A DNA stretch of 64,000 bases from Bacteroidota bacterium (GTDB lineage: Bacteria; Bacteroidota; Bacteroidia; UKL13-3): assembly GCA_030680835.1 (NCBI GenBank), contig JAUXUD010000014.1, positions 18,965-82,964 on the forward strand, written 5' to 3'. The position numbers and the translations under genes are program-made. This document shows, piece by piece, positions 60,401 through 64,000 of the stretch. The stretch's first letter is position 1, and each line of letters begins with the position of its first letter. The notes beneath the pieces were generated by a model. That model searched no databases. It saw nothing but the letters and a program-made list of their open reading frames with translations, and was not told the DNA's origin.

Positions 60401-60512
60401 ATATTTTGAGAATGACCGTTCGTTCTTTTTATTGGAAGAATATAATGTTCAGCCTTCGGTAACGTATTTGACGAAGGTGAGGAATGTTGGGGAGAAATTG
60501 GTTAACACCTAG
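57477..60512 (+). CDS. actB: alternative complex III subunit ActB (molybdopterin-oxidoreductase-like plus 4Fe-4S fusion)
   Basis: Tat motif RRDFLKYFGFG. C-terminal Cys clusters (CTGCGSCVVSC, CQQCGHAPC). About 1000 aa. The ATG at 57477 gives MENKNQYWRGLEEL. Confidence 0.85.
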   Translation: MENKNQYWRGLEELNNDPKFLAGKKREFAEGIPLEDVFTEEDGGLNSNRRDFLKYFGFGISAVALAACNKTPIKNAIPYIIKPENITPGTPNWYASTCNACAANCSILVKTREGRPIKIEGNAESPVFKGATCGMGQASLLGLYDNERLRKPKAKGNDVSWETLDAEIKTALAGSKNIRLISGTVNSPSTKKAIAEFTAKYPSTQHIQYEANSMGALAEATKRAFGKAVVPGYRFDKANVIVSFGADFLGTWISPVEYTKQWTVNRRPENKNMSRHIQLESYLSLSGSNADVRYPIKPSAEGAYIISLYNRIASLAGAPQLGTMPAVELPLDGITTMAKELWAAKGQSLVVCGSNNIDHQLLVHAINNMLGNIGNTVDLNNYSNQHYSDDAAFETFAKELESGVVDAVIFYNTNPVYSYYNGAKLAASIKKAKVSIASNTNLDETSENCQYNAPDHHFLEAWNDNEPKAGYFTFTQPSISNVFQTRQMQESLLNWAGNTSNYYDYLKNNWASRLSGETWVKAIHDGFYIQPVAASNTSFNADLNAAVSPAYSVYTTAKTKLELKLYSKIGVRDGSNGHNPWLQELPDPISKVCWDNYACIGNATAKELNIKDGDLININLKGSKIEAVPVLVQPGQPNNVIALAIGYGRTSGGKAGKNVGKNAYPASSFMNSFSFINTDITIEKADGEYELAHTQTHHTIEGRNLIKETSLNEYNKDNKSDNQDTHKVIKEQGNLITLWDERDHKGHRWAMAVDMNKCTGCGSCVVSCNAENNVPVVGRKEVLVSREMHWIRIDRYYRFSNATDNKITKEDDYNKENSGINFENVSVTFQPMLCQQCGHAPCETVCPVIATVHSSEGLNHMAYNRCVGTRYCANNCPYKVRRFNWFKYRANDQFDFNFNNDLGRMVINPDVTVRSRGVMEKCSFCVQRIQAGKLMAKMENRIVKDGDIKTACQQSCPADAIIFGDINDEKSEVRKYFENDRSFFLLEEYNVQPSVTYLTKVRNVGEKLVNT

Positions 60513-60513
60513 A

Positions 60514-60640
60514 GACGCCATAAATGGCGTCTGTACGGGTGGAAGCGGAACATTGGATGGGAAATGGGGTGGAAGCCGAATATTGGGTGGTAACATGTAA
60601 AGACGCCATTTATGGCGTCTCCTGGTGGAAGCCAAATATT
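60514..60640. repeat. twin 20-nt hairpins (AGACGCCATAAATGGCGTCT and AGACGCCATTTATGGCGTCT) flanking three approximately 22-bp direct repeats (GGTGGAAGCnnAAnATTGGnT) in the actB-actC spacer
   Basis: Read directly. Confidence 0.85.
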
Positions 60641-60674
60641 GGATATTGAAAATTTTAAAAACAAACAGTAAAAA

Positions 60675-62096
60675 ATGTCATACGAATCACCAATTAGAGA
60701 TCAATTAGTAACGGGGGGTAAAACGTATCATGATGTATCGAGCGACATCACACGTCCGTTGGAAAATGCACCAACAAAAAGCTGGTGGTTTGGTTTCAGC
60801 ATTTCCTCTATCGTTCTGGCCATATGGATAGGTACCACCACCTATACCATGTTAGTAGGTATTGGGGCCTGGGGTTTAAATAAAACAGTGGGTTGGGCAT
60901 TTGATATTACCAACTTTGTATTCTGGATTGGTATTGGACACGCAGGTACGCTTATCTCGGCGGTATTGTTATTATTCCGCCAGAAATGGAGAATGTCAAT
61001 TAACCGCTCGGCAGAAGCGATGACCATTTTTGCGGTAGTGTGCGCAGCGTCATTTATTTTATCCCATATGGGGCGTCCATGGGTAGCTTATTGGCCTATT
61101 CCGTTACCCAATGCATTTGGTACTTTATGGGTGAACTTTAACTCACCATTGGTTTGGGATGTATTTGCCATCTCTACTTATTTCACCGTGTCGCTGATAT
61201 TCTGGTATTGCGGTTTGATTCCGGATATTGCAACGGTAAGAGACCGTGCTAAAACAAAAATGCGCAAGTTCTGGTATGGCTTTTTTGCCATGGGCTGGAC
61301 GGGTTCAACCCGTACCTGGCACCGTTATGAAGTGATCAGTTTGATTTTGGCGGGTATCTCTACTCCCCTTGTACTTTCGGTTCACTCCATTGTATCTATG
61401 GACTTTGCTACATCACTGGTACCGGGATGGCATACAACCATCTTCCCTCCATACTTTGTTGCCGGTGCGATTTTTTCGGGATTTGGAATGGTACTTACCT
61501 TGTTGGTAGTTGCTCGTGAAGTGATGGGCTATAAAAATTATATCACCACCGAGCATTTGGATGCCATGGCAAAAATTGTGATGGTAACCGGTACGATGGT
61601 GGGTTTGGCATATATCACCGAATTTTTTGTTGCCGCTTATTCAGGAATGGAATATGAGCAATACGCTTTTTTTAACCGTGCCTTTGGACCTTACTGGTGG
61701 GCATATTGGACCATGATGAGTTGCAATCTGTTGGCACCTCAGGTCTTTTGGTCGCGCTGGGCACGTACTACACCCTGGTTCTTATTTATTATGTCAATCA
61801 TTGTAAATATTGGAATGTGGTTCGAACGATTTGTAATTATCGTTACTTCATTACACCGGGATTTCTTACCTTCCAGCTGGACCATGTATACTCCTACCCT
61901 TATTGAAGTAAGTATTTTAATCGGATCCTTCGGATTGTTTTTCTTCCTGTTCTTTTTATTTATTAAATTTTTACCTTCTATCAATATGGCTGAAATAAAA
62001 AGCATTATGCATGTAGGTTCAGATGATGATCACACACACCATACCGAACATCATGATAAACCTGTAACTGAGAAAGGAGCTGTACATGGAGTCTGA
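60675..62096 (+). CDS. actC: alternative complex III subunit ActC (NrfD/PsrC-like quinol-interacting membrane subunit)
   Basis: Polytopic 473-aa protein in the conserved operon position. Confidence 0.85.
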   Translation: MSYESPIRDQLVTGGKTYHDVSSDITRPLENAPTKSWWFGFSISSIVLAIWIGTTTYTMLVGIGAWGLNKTVGWAFDITNFVFWIGIGHAGTLISAVLLLFRQKWRMSINRSAEAMTIFAVVCAASFILSHMGRPWVAYWPIPLPNAFGTLWVNFNSPLVWDVFAISTYFTVSLIFWYCGLIPDIATVRDRAKTKMRKFWYGFFAMGWTGSTRTWHRYEVISLILAGISTPLVLSVHSIVSMDFATSLVPGWHTTIFPPYFVAGAIFSGFGMVLTLLVVAREVMGYKNYITTEHLDAMAKIVMVTGTMVGLAYITEFFVAAYSGMEYEQYAFFNRAFGPYWWAYWTMMSCNLLAPQVFWSRWARTTPWFLFIMSIIVNIGMWFERFVIIVTSLHRDFLPSSWTMYTPTLIEVSILIGSFGLFFFLFFLFIKFLPSINMAEIKSIMHVGSDDDHTHHTEHHDKPVTEKGAVHGV

Positions 62097-62616
62097 TAAA
62101 TTATTAATTTTAGGGATTTATGACAATCCTGATAAAACCTATACGGCCACAAAAAAACTCATCGCCGGTGGCTATGAAATATTTGATGTGTATTCTCCAT
62201 TCGCGATACATGGGTTGGACCGGGTGATGGGTATTAAGAGAACACGCCTTTCCATTGCTGCATTTGTATTTGCCATGACGGGACTTTCGCTGGCATTAAT
62301 ATTTATGATTTATACCTCCTATTTTGACTGGCAAATAAATGTAGGTGGTAAGCCTTCATTGCATATACCCACTTATATTCCGATTACTTTTGAGTTGGGT
62401 ATCTTATTTACTGCTATTGGTATGGTTACCTGTTTTTTTATTGTGAACCGAATGTTCTGGGGCAAGAATGCCGACATTATGGATATTCGGGTAACAGACG
62501 ATTTATTTGTGGTTGCTGTAGATGTTAAAAAAAGCAAAGCAGATATTGGCATGCTGAACCAAATGTTAATTGATAACGGTGCCATTGAAGTGAGAGAAAG
62601 GATTAAAGAAGTATGA
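62086..62616 (+). CDS. actD: alternative complex III subunit ActD
   Basis: 176 aa. MESDKLLILGIYDNPDKTY. Two C-terminal TM helices. Confidence 0.7.
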   Translation: MESDKLLILGIYDNPDKTYTATKKLIAGGYEIFDVYSPFAIHGLDRVMGIKRTRLSIAAFVFAMTGLSLALIFMIYTSYFDWQINVGGKPSLHIPTYIPITFELGILFTAIGMVTCFFIVNRMFWGKNADIMDIRVTDDLFVVAVDVKKSKADIGMLNQMLIDNGAIEVRERIKEV

Positions 62617-63224
62617 AATTGAAATTTTTATATAACGCGCTTATCATCGGTTCAGGCATTGCAATCCTTGCAGGTTGCGGTGCAGGAGGGAACAGTACCG
62701 GTTATGAATATGCACCGAATATGTACCACTCATTTGCGTATGAACCTTTTACACAAATGGCTGATGAACCCAATACCATTAATCCGAATGGGATGAACAT
62801 GCGTTTGCCTGCACCCAATACCATTGCAAGGGGACAAATGGATTATACAAATTACAGTTTTACTGTCAGCAATGCGTCGTATGAAGCTTCAGCGTCTTTA
62901 AAAAACCCAGTTGCTTCTTCTCCGGCAGTACTGGCAGAAGCAAAAACTTTATATAATATCAATTGTACTCCATGCCATGGTGATGCCGGAAAAGGGGATG
63001 GCTCGATTGTAGCAGATGGGAAATTTCCTCCTCCTCCTGCTTATGATTCAGACCGGATCAAGACCACTCCTGATGGAAAATTGTTTTATTCGATTCGTTA
63101 CGGAAAAAACCTGATGGGTGCGTATGGCACGGTATTAAGTCCGAAACAAATATGGACAGTAATCCATTATATAAGAACCGTAAGCGGACCGTATAAGGCA
63201 GCTGCATTAACCGCATCTAAATAA
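62613..63224 (+). CDS. actE: alternative complex III subunit ActE (monohaem cytochrome c lipoprotein)
   Basis: Lipobox LAGC and a single CTPCH haem motif. Confidence 0.75.
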   Translation: MKLKFLYNALIIGSGIAILAGCGAGGNSTGYEYAPNMYHSFAYEPFTQMADEPNTINPNGMNMRLPAPNTIARGQMDYTNYSFTVSNASYEASASLKNPVASSPAVLAEAKTLYNINCTPCHGDAGKGDGSIVADGKFPPPPAYDSDRIKTTPDGKLFYSIRYGKNLMGAYGTVLSPKQIWTVIHYIRTVSGPYKAAALTASK

Positions 63225-63250
63225 CATACAAACCCAAGAAAACTATTACA

Positions 63251-64000
63251 ATGGAACACGAAGAAGTTCATATAAGAGAAGAAAAATATCTGATTACTGA
63301 AGGCAACAAAAAATGGGCTTTTGGTTTAATGATTATCGGTTTGATTTTAGCTGCAATAGGCTATTTTACATACCACCCCCATATTGAAGGTTTGTCGGAA
63401 CACGACTTACATCACCTTTCCCTGAAACGTTTGTTAAGCAATATATTGGTTAACGGTTATTTCTTTTTTATCATTTCGGTTTGTGCCGCGGTGTTTATTG
63501 CCATCAGTCAGATTGCCAATGCAGGCTGGTATGTAGCCATACGCAGGATTCCGGAGGCCATGAGTGAATACACAGTACCGGGAGGTATCATAGTTATAGT
63601 GTTAACACTTTTTGGATTATCGACCTTATACCACTGGGCACATGAAGGCATTATGACCAAGGGCAGTGCCAATTATGATGCTTTACTTGCTGGAAAGAGC
63701 TGGTATTTAAACAAGCCTTTTTACTTTATCAGAATGGTATTGTTTATTGGATTCTGGATATTTTGTGCTTTTATGATCCGCAAATATTCACGCAATGAAG
63801 ATGAGGTGGGCGGGCTCGTAAATTTCAAAAAAACCTACGCATTATCTGCGGCCTTTGTGGTAATTTTTGCATTCACTTTTTCCATGTATTCATGGGATCA
63901 GATCATGAGTATTGATGCACATTGGTATTCAACTATTTTCTCGGTTTATAATTTTGCTACGGGTTGGGTAAGTGCATTAACCATCATTTATTTATTTACC
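63251..64000 (+). CDS. actF: alternative complex III subunit ActF (NrfD-like), 5' part only. It continues beyond the window.
   Basis: The frame is open from the ATG at 63251 to the end of the window. It is hydrophobic and follows actE. Confidence 0.65.
   Translation, partial: MEHEEVHIREEKYLITEGNKKWAFGLMIIGLILAAIGYFTYHPHIEGLSEHDLHHLSLKRLLSNILVNGYFFFIISVCAAVFIAISQIANAGWYVAIRRIPEAMSEYTVPGGIIVIVLTLFGLSTLYHWAHEGIMTKGSANYDALLAGKSWYLNKPFYFIRMVLFIGFWIFCAFMIRKYSRNEDEVGGLVNFKKTYALSAAFVVIFAFTFSMYSWDQIMSIDAHWYSTIFSVYNFATGWVSALTIIYLFT

Noticed and set aside
868-62585. All minus-strand ORFs in the six-frame track (60-139 aa; e.g. 868..1077, 3386..3805, 19842..20261, 48655..49056, 57710..58087)
   Set aside because: Each lies entirely inside a longer, motif-supported + strand gene. 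They are shadow ORFs in AT-rich DNA with no recognisable domains, and several are pure repeat translations (for example 38484..38708, FTFYFLLFTF).
1-64000. Searched for tRNA/rRNA genes, transposase/integrase genes, toxin-antitoxin pairs, restriction-modification or other defence modules
   Set aside because: No cloverleaf-compatible segments were found. No rRNA-like conserved blocks, DDE/HUH or tyrosine recombinase motifs, or R-M methylase motifs (DPPY / FxGxG in a non-sugar context) were seen. All methyltransferases present fit sugar-modification contexts.

Overview
All predicted genes lie on the + strand. The window opens with about 55.7 kb of a very large cell-surface polysaccharide locus, most likely LPS O-antigen or capsule. 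Its gene content and repeat families look like a Bacteroidetes genome, possibly Sphingobacteriia or Chitinophagia. It ends with the alternative complex III operon (actABCDEF; actF runs off the window). The polysaccharide part combines several functional modules:
- a legionaminic-acid-type nonulosonic acid module (NeuB/NeuC/PtmE/CMP-synthetase homologues) with a HisH/HisF/WbpG-like amidotransferase trio that would form an N-acetimidoyl group;
- two Gfo/Idh/MocA-like oxidoreductases flanking an unknown ORF;
- a Wzm/Wzt ABC exporter, where Wzt carries a C-terminal extension;
- a CDP-hexose module ending in an unusual C-methyltransferase::aminotransferase fusion protein;
- an ACP-dependent N-acylation module (GNAT, ACP, SDR reductase, AMP-ligase);
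- at least 12 glycosyltransferases, including a GT52-like candidate nonulosonic-acid transferase;
- a separate kinase, SAM methyltransferase and CmcI-like methyltransferase, consistent with WbdD-type chain-end capping;
- FdtA/FdtB (dTDP-3-amino-3,6-dideoxyhexose) and CapE/CapF/CapG plus WbuB-like genes (UDP-L-FucNAc type);
- PglF/PglE/PglC-like genes for a bacillosamine-type initiating sugar, plus Gmd;
- WbpB/WbpD/WbpE homologues (UDP-2,3-diacetamido-uronic acid);
- an XrtF-like exosortase pair.
No rRNA, tRNA, CRISPR array, transposase or integrase gene was recognised.
The most unusual signals are repeat structures:
- a MITE-like palindromic element family with TIR CCTTCGACAGGCTCAGGATGACA, one copy sitting in-frame inside the wbpB-like gene;
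- a second in-frame hairpin-repeat insertion in the UDP-GlcNAc 2-epimerase gene;
- an approximately 80-bp REP-like family (TTCACGCAGAT...ATCTGCGTGAA) at three gene ends;
- long heptamer tandem arrays (AAAAGTA and AATCACC) that bracket two small inserted genes, a WxcM-like cupin and a four-helix-bundle 23S-IVS-family protein;
- a twin-hairpin, triple-repeat element between actB and actC.
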